Assembly (NCBI GenBank): GCA_963817955.1
Contig: CAWFQK010000001.1
Location: forward strand, 416,001 to 480,000
Source of the DNA: an uncultured Gemmatimonadaceae bacterium
GTDB lineage: Bacteria; Gemmatimonadota; Gemmatimonadetes; Gemmatimonadales; Gemmatimonadaceae
Direction: 5' to 3'
DNA: 64,000 nucleotides
The position numbers and the translations under genes are program-made. Positions 53,470 through 62,202 of this stretch are shown here, piece by piece; the stretch's first letter is position 1, and the number at the start of each line of letters is the position of its first letter. The notes under the pieces were generated by a model. That model saw only the letters and a list, made by a program, of their open reading frames with translations. It was not told the DNA's origin and did no database searches.

Positions 53470-54756
53470 ATGACCGCGCCCACCACAGCCCTACCATCGC
53501 TCCCAAACCTGTGGAACGTCTTCAATCTCCGCGAGACGCCTTACTTCCAGAACACCCTTGGAAGTTCTGCGCAAGGCTATCCGCTGAGCTTGTTTGTCGG
53601 TCGGGAGCAAGAGACGCAGACGCTACTCGCCGGCATAGGCGGTACACGCTCTTCGCGCGCGGCGATTTGCGGTGCGGCTGGGGTTGGGAAGACAACCCTC
53701 GTCCAACAAATCAAGGCGGCTGCCATCGCCGCCGGCTACTTCGCCACGGACGAACTGGTACCCGTGTACGAGGACGATGACATTGAGCGCCTGTTGGGAC
53801 GGATGCTCAGCGTACTCTACGACACGATCCTCGCAGCGCGCCCGCACACCGCCGATCACGCGGTTATGCGCGACGCGCAACAACTCGTCAAGGTCGCCCG
53901 CTTGACCGCTGGCGGCGCGAACGTGTCCGTTCTCGGAATCGGCGTCGGCGGAAGCCGCAGTACCAACCTCGTGACCCCGCCGGGGGCGATGCTTCTCGAC
54001 GGCCCGCGCATCATGCGCGCGATGTTGGCGCTCGTACAAGAAGCCGAGTCGCAGGGCGTGGTGATGCACCTGAACAACCTGGAGAACCTCTCCGATAAAG
54101 GCGCCACACGAGCGGCGGACCTTCTCCGGTCGCTGCGAGATACAGTCCTCCTACTCGAGGGGCTGCACATTCTCTTGGTCGGCACCGTTGACGCAGTCTT
54201 CCGAGCTGTGAACACGCACGCGCAAGTTCGCTCGATCTTTCCCGTTCCGCTGGTGTTGCACGCAATGCCAATCGACGACGTGCAGCGCTTGCTGGCGGCA
54301 CGTTACGCGTACCTGGCCATTGACGATCGTACGCCCGTTCCGCCCGCCGCCCCCGAGGCTGTTGGGCAACTCTATCCGCTATTCCGCGGTGACCTGCGTT
54401 CCCTCTTGAGTGCTCTCGACGAGGGAACTCGGCTCCTCATTGGGACGGTACCGGCCGGAACCTCCATTCCGTTCGACCTCCTACACCCCGCTCTTCGCGA
54501 ACGATACGAAGCGGTGCTCAACGAGCGACTCAGCGAGATCCGCCGTCGCTATCTCGAGGCGTGGGCCGCAGTAGGTGCTGAGACGGCGCAGACGCAATTG
54601 GAGCTACAGGGCCTCTGGGCGCTGACACAAAGCAAGGTCTCGAAGACGCTCGCGGAGCTTGAAACGCAGGGATACGTGATTGGCCTTCCGCGCGACGGGC
54701 GGAGTCCGAAACAGTACGTATTGAGCGGCGTGAGCCGCCTGATCTTCGCGGCGTGA
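53470..54756 (+). CDS. P-loop ATPase with wHTH (diverged paralog of ATPase-1)
   Basis: WNVFNL..PYFQ, GAAGVGKTT, MHLNNLEN, FRGDLR, identical C-terminal YVLSGVSRLIF. Confidence 0.87.
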   Translation: MTAPTTALPSLPNLWNVFNLRETPYFQNTLGSSAQGYPLSLFVGREQETQTLLAGIGGTRSSRAAICGAAGVGKTTLVQQIKAAAIAAGYFATDELVPVYEDDDIERLLGRMLSVLYDTILAARPHTADHAVMRDAQQLVKVARLTAGGANVSVLGIGVGGSRSTNLVTPPGAMLLDGPRIMRAMLALVQEAESQGVVMHLNNLENLSDKGATRAADLLRSLRDTVLLLEGLHILLVGTVDAVFRAVNTHAQVRSIFPVPLVLHAMPIDDVQRLLAARYAYLAIDDRTPVPPAAPEAVGQLYPLFRGDLRSLLSALDEGTRLLIGTVPAGTSIPFDLLHPALRERYEAVLNERLSEIRRRYLEAWAAVGAETAQTQLELQGLWALTQSKVSKTLAELETQGYVIGLPRDGRSPKQYVLSGVSRLIFAA

Positions 54757-54887
54757 GCCGCCTGATCTTCGCATGGTGGCCGGGCGTGCCCCCAGGCTGA
54801 TGGGACGTGCTCGTTGGCGCTACTCGCGAAGCCAAAGCCCGAGCCGAGCCGAGCCGAGCCGAGCCGAGCCGAGCCGAGCCGCGGGTG

Positions 54888-55135
54888 GTTGTGATCAGTT
54901 TCCAGTGGTGAGTTGTGAGTATACGGGGCATGCGCACCAGGGTGCCTGGCGCGGAGACCACTATCGCCGGTCGGCGAGGTTGCGGGTGTCCAGTTGTGCG
55001 TTGTGAGTGGTGAGTTTTTGAAACGCGCAACGCATAACTCACCACTGGAAACTCGAACCTCGCCGACCGGTGGGCCGACCGGTACGGAGCAGCCAGCGAC
55101 ATCCAGCCAGTCAACACCCGGAGCCCAATCCCCGC
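54888..55135 (+). repeat. R element copy 9 (full), preceded by GAGCC pentamers (54841-54880)
   Basis: All three modules present. Confidence 0.94.
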
Positions 55136-55235
55136 CTGCGCCAGTCCGCTCTAAAGGTCGAACCTGGAACCCTTTGACCGATCGTGGGCGAGTGGTACAT
55201 TCCCTCTAAGGGAATATTCCACTGAGGATCTGCGA

Positions 55236-55563
55236 ATGAGCCACATCATCGGGTACCTGACGATCGATCAGAAGGGGCGCACGACGTTTCCCCAGGAAAT
55301 GCGGAAGCAGCTCGGCATCACCGCCGGGGTGCAACTGCGCATTGAGCAGGCGGACAACGGGGCGTTCGAGCTCGTGCCGGCGGTGTCGATTCCTCAGGAT
55401 CAGTTGTTCTATCACTCTCCGGAAGGTCGCGCACGCCTGGAGCGCGCCGAGGAGGACATTCGGCTGGGTCGGGTGACTCGTACCCATGGCGCCGAGTGAG
55501 GCACAGGAATTCCTCGACTCGCTCAAGTCCGCCACCGGGCCTGGCAGACCGTCCAGACGCTGA
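55236..55563 (+). CDS. AbrB/MazE-type antitoxin (apparent 1-nt insertion at ~55497)
   Basis: TIDQKGRTTFP..QLFYHSPE..AEEDI..GRV; continues EAQEFLDSL in the shifted frame. Confidence 0.78.
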
Positions 55564-55569
55564 GGCGAC

Positions 55570-55857
55570 ATGGCACGTAAGCAATCATTCCTCAACGCAG
55601 TTTGGACCGAGCAGTTCAAGGAGAGCTACGCAGCGATTCAAGCGAACGAGCAGAAGTCCGCTGACAAGGTCTCGTTCGCGATCATGAAGGGCGAGGTGAC
55701 TCCCGGCATGCGGGTCAAGCCAATCGAGCCGGAGAAGTATTTCAACGAGGCGCGGCTGGACGATGGGGACCGCCTCGTTCATCGGATACAAGAGGGCACG
55801 GTCTACTTCGTTGACATCGTGCCTCACGATCAGATCAACAAGTACGGTAGACGCTGA
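55570..55857 (+). CDS. RelE-like toxin
   Basis: WTEQFKESY..PGMRVKPI..EARL..DRLV..DIVPHD; GAGG RBS. Confidence 0.75.
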   Translation: MARKQSFLNAVWTEQFKESYAAIQANEQKSADKVSFAIMKGEVTPGMRVKPIEPEKYFNEARLDDGDRLVHRIQEGTVYFVDIVPHDQINKYGRR

Positions 55858-55884
55858 GTAGTGCGCCTCAGCCGCGCCGCGGGG

Positions 55885-56054
55885 TGACTGTGGTCAGTGA
55901 CCAGTTGTCAGTTGTCAGTTGTCAGTGGTCAGTGGTCAGTGGTCAGTATACGGGTCATGGGCACCAGGGCGCCTGGCTCGCAGGCCACTATCGCCGGTCG
56001 GCGAGGTTCGGGTGTCCAGTTGTGAGTTGTGAGCTGTGAGTTTCTAAAAACGCG
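55885..56054 (+). repeat. R element copy 10, left half (ends at hairpin apex)
   Basis: Leader, left module and left arm, ending GAGTTTCTAAAAACGCG. Confidence 0.94.
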
Positions 56055-56056
56055 GT

Positions 56057-56224
56057 ACAAACCGGTCTGATAGGTGAGCAACAAACCGGTCTGATAGGTG
56101 AGCAACAAACCGGTCTGATAGGTGAGCAACAAACCGGGCTGATAGGTGAGCAACAAACCGGGCTGATAGGTGAGCAACAAACCGGGCTGATAGGTGAGCA
56201 AACAGACCGGGCTGATAGGTGAGC
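56057..56224. repeat. 24-bp tandem array ACAAACCGG(T/G)CTGATAGGTGAGCA x7
   Basis: Three T-type units, three G-type units, one degenerate unit; no spacers. Confidence 0.96.
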
Positions 56225-56299
56225 TTGGGTGAGACAGCCTGGACCGGCCGGAAACGGTACGATGCTGCGACCTAGACTGCGGCCGCGCAGCTTTTGCAC

Positions 56300-56677
56300 A
56301 TGCAGGATTTTCGCCGGCTCAAAGTATGGGACAAGGCTGTCGCTCTGGCGCTCGGAGTCCGAAGGGCTACGACGCGGTTTCCAAAGCAGGGCTATTCGGA
56401 ACTGAAAGCGCAGCTGGTCTCGGCTGCCGAATCGGTGGGCAACAACATCGTCGAGGGTTGCGGCGCGAGCACGCAGAAAGAATTCGCGCGCTTTCTGGAA
56501 ATGTCCGTGAAGTCCGCGATGGAGCTCGAGGGCGAACTGGAGCTGGCGTACCGGTACGACGTGCTGCAGGAACGCGACCGGCGCGCCCTTGGCGCAATGA
56601 CAGTCGAGACGCGCCGAATGCTCTGCGGTCTGCGGAACAAGGTGCTGAGCACCACCGGTGAGACCCCACCCCGTTAA
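56300..56677 (+). CDS. Four-helix-bundle protein (23S rRNA IVS protein / Avd-like family)
   Basis: MQDFRRLKVWDKA..FP..L..QL..AA.SV..NIVEG.G..T.KEF.RFL..S..S..E signature. Confidence 0.92.
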   Translation: MQDFRRLKVWDKAVALALGVRRATTRFPKQGYSELKAQLVSAAESVGNNIVEGCGASTQKEFARFLEMSVKSAMELEGELELAYRYDVLQERDRRALGAMTVETRRMLCGLRNKVLSTTGETPPR

Positions 56678-56790
56678 CACTCACAACGCACAACTCACAA
56701 CTGGAAACTCGAACCTCGCCGACCGGTGGGCCGCCCGCTACGGAGCAGCCAGCGACATCCAGCCGGCCAACACCCGGAGCCCAATCCACG
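56678..56790 (+). repeat. R element copy 10, right half
   Basis: Starts immediately after the four-helix-bundle stop codon: ACTCACAACGCACAACTCACAACTGG..CTCGCCGACCGG plus right module. Confidence 0.95.
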
Positions 56791-56820
56791 CCTTCGCCGG
56801 TCCGCGATCACTCAGCCGGA

Positions 56821-57843
56821 CTACGGCAATTTCGTGCCTACCGTGCGGTACGCCGCATCGGGCGGAGCATCCCCTTTCGGCCAATCGAGTTCCTTCCCGA
56901 CAAAATCCGGACGTGGCTTCGACACGATATATGCCGCCACGTCGAACGCTTCGCCGGGCGCGAGTGTGCCCGGTCGGTTGAATGGCATGCTGGCCTGGAT
57001 GAACGCCGCCGCGGTGCGCAGTCGAGCCATGCCTGCGCCGACATTGAACGAGGAAGCCCCCCATAGCGGCGTTGCGATCGTCGTCCCCTCCCCATTCGCG
57101 CCGTGGCAGGCTGCACAATTGAGCGCAAACACTGCTCGGCCCCGCGCGGTATCAGGCGGGCTTGCCGGGGCATTCACCTTCAGCGCCTGGGTGCCGTCGT
57201 TGCGGACTTGCGCCGAGGGGCGTGAGAGGTACGCCATGTAGGCGACCAGGTCGCGCATCTCGCGGCTGTTCTCCGGGAGCGCGCGACCGTTCATGCTGCG
57301 ACGAAGGCAGCCGTTCACGCGATCGGCCATCGTCAAAATCTTGCCCTCGCGGGCGCGATACTGCGGAAAGCGCGCATAGACTCCCAGCCAGGGGATCGCG
57401 CCATTTCGCATGCCGCCGTCGAGATGACAACTCGAGCAGCGGAGCACGTTGCCCGTGTAGCCGGGCAAACTGTCTCGCGTTGCGTCGGCAATGGCGCGAC
57501 CCCGGAGGACGGCCGCGCGAACCTGGGGGGTCAACTCGACGTTATTTGGGATCGAGAAGGCCGTGGGAGACTCCACAATCGAGGGCTCCGTCGCGACCAA
57601 CGACTCGTGCTGTACGAAGCGCGTGACGGCGAGCACACTGGCGAGCGCGGCGCCCGCGCCGACGGTTGCCAATATGCGCCGCTTCGTTCGGCGGCCGATA
57701 CGCTGGCTGATGGCCTGCACGGGCCGGGCGATCATGGGCCCGATCAGGAAGAGAAGCACGAACGTGAGCCACGCCAGACCCGCGATGCATAGCACGAGGC
57801 CGAGCGCAATCGCCAGAATGCCAAGCGGTCCGTGAGTTTCCAT
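56821..57843 (-). CDS. tsdA: TsdA-like diheme cytochrome c, second copy
   Basis: Same motifs as 41260-42297, with many scattered substitutions. Confidence 0.8.
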   Translation of the reverse strand: METHGPLGILAIALGLVLCIAGLAWLTFVLLFLIGPMIARPVQAISQRIGRRTKRRILATVGAGAALASVLAVTRFVQHESLVATEPSIVESPTAFSIPNNVELTPQVRAAVLRGRAIADATRDSLPGYTGNVLRCSSCHLDGGMRNGAIPWLGVYARFPQYRAREGKILTMADRVNGCLRRSMNGRALPENSREMRDLVAYMAYLSRPSAQVRNDGTQALKVNAPASPPDTARGRAVFALNCAACHGANGEGTTIATPLWGASSFNVGAGMARLRTAAAFIQASMPFNRPGTLAPGEAFDVAAYIVSKPRPDFVGKELDWPKGDAPPDAAYRTVGTKLP

Positions 57844-57878
57844 ACGGCTCTAGTGTTCCAGAACTGGCTTCGAGGCAA

Positions 57879-58688
57879 TCACCTGCGAGGATCGGTGCTT
57901 TGCCGTTCGGTGTGTTCGCGGCGGATGACGTGGCGGAGGCTTTCGAGCTCCTGGATGCGGGGACGCCAGTATGCCTCGTCCGCGGCGCGCTCTCGCGTCT
58001 CCTCGTCCGCGAGGGCGCTTCCGATCTCCTGTTCCGAACCTCCCTGCGCGGCGATTGCGGTCGCCTGGCGGGCGGCCGACAGTTCGGGAAGGAGCGCGGC
58101 GATCTCGGAGGGTGCGGCCTGAGCGCGCGCGACGCATTCGGCAAGAAGCGCGGGCGTGCGTAGCTCGCGCAGCCAGAAGCGAAACCGCTCAGGCGTCGGC
58201 TCGAGCTCCGGATCCAAGTAGTGGCGTTCGACGAGCCGTCGGACCATGGGCCAATCCTTGTCGCGGCGTGTCTTCTTGCAACGGACCAAATCCTCGAGGC
58301 CGAGCACTTCGAGCTCGCCAAGGTCGCCGAGGGCGAACGTGCTCCGGCGGGCCCAGCATTCCGCAAACGAGGGGACGTTCCGCATCGACGCCATCACGTC
58401 GATCCGCATGCCCGCCGCCGCTGATCCTGGGCCGCATTCAAAGTGGACCGCGTGTCCGCGTGCCAGGTACTCCGGCTCGAAGGGGGGAACGGCGGTGACG
58501 CGCGCCGCGAGGGCCGAAAGTGCTGTTTGCAGTCGCCGCAGGTTATCAGGCTCCGCGAGGATGGCGATGTCGGTGTCGCGGCTAAACTCCGCGGCGCCGT
58601 AGAGGATGCACGCCTGCCCGCCCATGAGCAGGTAGCGAACGCCATGTTCGCGCATGGAAGAAAGGACTCTGCGAGTCGGGCTCGACAT
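57879..58688 (-). CDS. Nucleotidyltransferase-fold protein
   Basis: YLLMGGQAC..SRDTDI, RIDVM, LVRCKKTRRDKDW. Confidence 0.8.
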   Translation of the reverse strand: MSSPTRRVLSSMREHGVRYLLMGGQACILYGAAEFSRDTDIAILAEPDNLRRLQTALSALAARVTAVPPFEPEYLARGHAVHFECGPGSAAAGMRIDVMASMRNVPSFAECWARRSTFALGDLGELEVLGLEDLVRCKKTRRDKDWPMVRRLVERHYLDPELEPTPERFRFWLRELRTPALLAECVARAQAAPSEIAALLPELSAARQATAIAAQGGSEQEIGSALADEETRERAADEAYWRPRIQELESLRHVIRREHTERQSTDPRR

Positions 58689-58914
58689 CGAGACTGCCTC
58701 CGAGATCGGTGAACGTCTGCCATAATTGCTCCGCCTCGCGCCACCGATCCTGCGGACTCAGTCGATACCAGTCTGCCCATTCCGGGCCGACGAGCGCGAT
58801 CAGCGCGTCCGGTTCAAAGTAGGCGGACGGCGCCACGCTGCGAGCCGTGCCGACAGCACGGTTCCCCAGCGCACTCGACCTGACTGTTCGAGCCATCCCG
58901 TTATCGTCGTGCAT
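58582..58914 (-). CDS. Small protein overlapping the nucleotidyltransferase start (putative TA partner)
   Basis: EWADWYRLSPQDRW..LGGSLD.EPD.QSPF. Confidence 0.6.
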   Translation of the reverse strand: MHDDNGMARTVRSSALGNRAVGTARSVAPSAYFEPDALIALVGPEWADWYRLSPQDRWREAEQLWQTFTDLGGSLDVEPDSQSPFFHARTWRSLPAHGRAGVHPLRRRGV

Positions 58915-59005
58915 TCTATCACTATATGGGTTTCAGCAGGTTCGCTCAAGGCAGATAGCTGACGGCTCGCGGCTGCGGCCGCGCGACTGACGACTGACAA
59001 CCGTT

Positions 59006-60124
59006 TTACTGATGACTGAAGGCGGAGGAACTGATTGCGTAGCTCGTACTGCGACCGCCTGCGGGACCTTTGCTGAGGATGTTCAATTCTACCAGGGCGA
59101 CGATATCCCGGATGGCCGTGTCCTGAGAGCACTTTCCGATCTTGGCCCACTTCGATGAGGTGAGCTTACCCTCAAAGCCATCGAGCAGCAGGTTGAGCAC
59201 CTTGATCTGGCGCCCGTTGAGTTGGGCGGCAGCGTGCCGCTGCCAGAAGTGAGCCTTGGAGAGCACGGCAGAAAGGGTGGCCTCGGCGCCGTCGATCGCG
59301 CGGTGCAAGCATCCGAGAAACCACTCCATCCAGCGCGTCACATCGACGGTGTCTTTTTGAGTCCGCTCGAGGGCGGTGTAATAGGCGCGTCGTTCGGCCT
59401 GGATCTGGGCCGACATGCTGTAGTAGCGCTGGGGGCAGTTCTCCGAGCGCGCCAGGGCGAGGTCGGCGATCGCGCGCGCAATGCGACCGTTGCCATCGTC
59501 AAACGGGTGGATCGTGACGAACCACAGGTGTGCGAGTGCGGCTTTCAGGACGGGGTCGATCGCCGGCGACGCGTTGAACCAATCGAGGAAGCGCCCCATT
59601 TCGGCGTCGAGGCCCTCTGCTGGTGGAGCTGAATAGTGGACCCGCTCGTGACCGATGGGTCCGGAGACGACCTGCATTGGCCCTCCGGAGTCATCACGCC
59701 ACGCCCCAACACGGATTTTGCTCATGCCGGTGCGGCCGGTTGGGAAGAGTGCGGCGTGCCACCCAAAGAGCCTGTCCTCCGTCAGCGGATCCGCGAAGTT
59801 ACGAGTGGCGTCGAGCATCATTTCCACGACGCCTTCGACGTGACGATCAGCCGGAGTGAGCGCGCCAACATCAATCCCAAGGCGGCGGGCGAGGGATGAT
59901 CGCACCTGAACGGCGTCCAGCTTCTCGCCCTCGATTTCGCTCGTTTTCAGAACATCCTGCGTAAGAGTTCGGAGGAAGGCCTCCTCACGCAGCGCGAACC
60001 CGAGCGACTCCATGCGGCCGAGTAGCCGTCCCTGCTCGTGGTGCAAGTCGGCCAAGGGTTGAGCCAATCGCAGCTCGTCCCAGCGAAGCTTCGGCCACTC
60101 CGGCTGTTCCCATATGTAGCGCAT
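59006..60124 (-). CDS. Fic family protein, second near-identical copy
   Basis: 59032-60212 matches 48032-49212 including the promoter, with few substitutions. Confidence 0.93.
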   Translation of the reverse strand: MRYIWEQPEWPKLRWDELRLAQPLADLHHEQGRLLGRMESLGFALREEAFLRTLTQDVLKTSEIEGEKLDAVQVRSSLARRLGIDVGALTPADRHVEGVVEMMLDATRNFADPLTEDRLFGWHAALFPTGRTGMSKIRVGAWRDDSGGPMQVVSGPIGHERVHYSAPPAEGLDAEMGRFLDWFNASPAIDPVLKAALAHLWFVTIHPFDDGNGRIARAIADLALARSENCPQRYYSMSAQIQAERRAYYTALERTQKDTVDVTRWMEWFLGCLHRAIDGAEATLSAVLSKAHFWQRHAAAQLNGRQIKVLNLLLDGFEGKLTSSKWAKIGKCSQDTAIRDIVALVELNILSKGPAGGRSTSYAISSSAFSHQ

Positions 60125-60232
60125 AATCTCCGTACCTCCTGAGGAGATTATAGTCGCCAATCACCGCACGTCCAAGTCAATCGCCGCATTCTATGCGGAT
60201 ATTAGCGTGCTCTCGGCTATTTTGCCGTTCCT

Positions 60233-60415
60233 GTGGTCGCAAAGCTGACCGCTTCCGTACGTGCGCTCGAGGCCCTCTGGAAGACCTCGTACACCACCGC
60301 GAATGAGACTGTCAAGCGGCTAGTCGAGGCAGGGTATCTGACGACCCGTCCTCCCACGGGTCGCCCAGCGATGCGGTACGGCGCGACCGGCGCAACGCGT
60401 CTGGCGTTGTGGTGA
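60233..60415 (+). pseudogene. C-terminal wHTH fragment
   Basis: SYTTANETVKRLVEAGYL..TGRP; begins just after the Fic duplication breakpoint. Confidence 0.45.
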
Positions 60416-60643
60416 GGTGTCAGTGGTGAGGTGTGAGTGGTGAGTTGTGAGTATACAGGCCCTGTGCACCAGGGTGCCTGGCTCGCAGGCTACTATCGCC
60501 GGTCGGCGAGGTTCGGGTGTCCAGTTGTGCGTTGTGAGTGGTGCGTTGTAAAAACGCGCAACGCATAACTCATCACTGGAAACTCGAACCTCGCCGACCG
60601 GTGGGCCGACCGGTACGGAGCAGCCAGCGACATCCAGCCGGTC
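60410..60643 (+). repeat. R element copy 11 (full), joined to a REP unit at 60644-60678
   Basis: Ends CCAGCCGGTC-CACAGAGATTCTTCGCTTCGCTCAGAATGACAGG. Confidence 0.95.
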
Positions 60644-60664
60644 CACAGAGATTCTTCGCTTCGC

Positions 60665-62119
60665 TCAGAATGACAGGCCTTTGCAGTGAGTCAGGTCTGC
60701 GCTGGTGAACCCAAGGACGTCACCCGAGGCGATTGCGGCTGCCACGCCATGCGACCATGCATCGTTGCCGGAGAAGAGGGCGAAGTGCACGCGGTGCACT
60801 GGTTGACCGGCCGGCAGATCGGTGAGGAGCAGTTTTGCGCGCGCGCGAAGCGTGTCGAGGTCGGGATCATCGACCCTGCCCCATTTGCATTCGCCGACGA
60901 GGATGTCTCCGTCCAGTCCGACGGCGACGATGTCGATTTCGTTCCGTGAGTCCGCGTCCCACCAGGCCCCGACCCTGCTGGGCTTGAATGGGAGTTTGGT
61001 GGTGCGGCCTACCCAAGCGCGGCAGATGTCCTCGAAGGGGGCACCCATGTAGTCGTCGAGTCGCGGTGCAATACGCTGCTGCCACAGTTGCTCTGGCGCA
61101 ACGAGGCTGATCTCGCCGGTGGCGATGAGGGGGGCAACGAACCGGTGCCAGAAGGCAACGTACGGATCGTTAATTCGATACAGCGTGCGTTTGGAGTGCT
61201 GCGGGCTCGTCTCTGTGATGGGGACCATGCGGGCCACGACCTGCATCTCTTCGAGCCAACGCATTGGACGAGAGAGGGAACCGCTGCCCTTCCCCAGCCT
61301 GCTCGTGATCTTGCTCCACGTGCGCTCTCCGTTCGCGATGGCCTGGATGATCGAATAATGGATGTCCGCGTCCCCACCCCCGCGAAAGGCGTCAAGCATG
61401 TGCTGCGCCTCGTCGAACAGGCGTCCGGCCGGGGTGAGCATCTGTCGCATCACGTTCGCTGCGAGCCCCCGCTCGGGGTCGAGGAGGGCGAGGTGCCCCG
61501 GCAAGCCGCCGAAGATGCTGAAGGTGATGAGGCGTTCCCGAGCGGTGTACCCCGGGACGAAGGCGCCGACGTATTCGTGGGTGAATGGCGGGAAGATGAG
61601 CCGTCCGGTTCGGCGACCGTACAGCGGCTGATCCGCCTGCTCCAAACGCTGCATTGCCGAGATGTGCGACCCGTTGAGGACTAGCTTGAGGCGGGTCTCG
61701 GGCCAGTGGTGGTCCCACTCCGATTGAATGATCGAGGGTAGTGATGGCGCGGCCGCTGCCAGGTATGGGAACTCGTCGAGGATGAGGAGGAGCGGGGCAC
61801 CGGCAGCTCGGTCTGTGAGGTATTGGAAGAGGCTCTCCCAATCCGGAAGCGCCACCCCACGAAGTAGCGCCGCATCATCAAAATGGCTCCCAATAATCCG
61901 GCTGAGGGCCGCGAGCTGCTCAGTCTCCGTGCGGTTGGTGGCCTGGTAATAGATTCCGCCCACGGACTTCGCGAATCGAGTCAGGACCCAGCTCTTGCCC
62001 GCGCGCCGACGTCCAACGCCGAAGATGAGATCGGGGGCAGCTCGGTTCCAGATCTCGTTGAGTTCCTGCCACTGGGCATCTCGGTCGATGATGTCAGCAG
62101 GCTTTATTGGTCGAGGCAT
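60665..62119 (-). CDS. ATPase-3, second copy
   Basis: Near-identical to 43547-44983; stop codon supplied by the REP unit. Confidence 0.9.
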   Translation of the reverse strand: MPRPIKPADIIDRDAQWQELNEIWNRAAPDLIFGVGRRRAGKSWVLTRFAKSVGGIYYQATNRTETEQLAALSRIIGSHFDDAALLRGVALPDWESLFQYLTDRAAGAPLLLILDEFPYLAAAAPSLPSIIQSEWDHHWPETRLKLVLNGSHISAMQRLEQADQPLYGRRTGRLIFPPFTHEYVGAFVPGYTARERLITFSIFGGLPGHLALLDPERGLAANVMRQMLTPAGRLFDEAQHMLDAFRGGGDADIHYSIIQAIANGERTWSKITSRLGKGSGSLSRPMRWLEEMQVVARMVPITETSPQHSKRTLYRINDPYVAFWHRFVAPLIATGEISLVAPEQLWQQRIAPRLDDYMGAPFEDICRAWVGRTTKLPFKPSRVGAWWDADSRNEIDIVAVGLDGDILVGECKWGRVDDPDLDTLRARAKLLLTDLPAGQPVHRVHFALFSGNDAWSHGVAAAIASGDVLGFTSADLTHCKGLSF

Positions 62120-62202
62120 GGTTGCATCCGATGCGTCATCGCTATTGTTGCAGCACTACAACTTGTATGCTTACAACATAGATGCTGCTCCGGCGCGAGA
62201 CA

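Noticed and set aside
30430..55500. Frameshifts in IS3 orfB, ydcF, the BNR protein, hipA and abrB as programmed frameshifting or phase variation
   Set aside because: They are isolated small indels, mostly in short G/C runs and without slippery motifs. Long-read error or simple decay is more likely; this needs a read check.
56057..56224. 24-bp array as a CRISPR array
   Set aside because: Units are contiguous with no spacers, and there are no cas genes in the window.
56300..56677. Diversity-generating retroelement (Avd-like gene plus duplicated sequences as TR/VR)
   Set aside because: No reverse transcriptase in the window, and mismatches between duplicates (checked in the Fic pair) are not adenine-specific.
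48024..60212. Exact 11,000-bp offset between the Fic copies
   Set aside because: The other duplicated genes have different offsets, so this is treated as coincidence.
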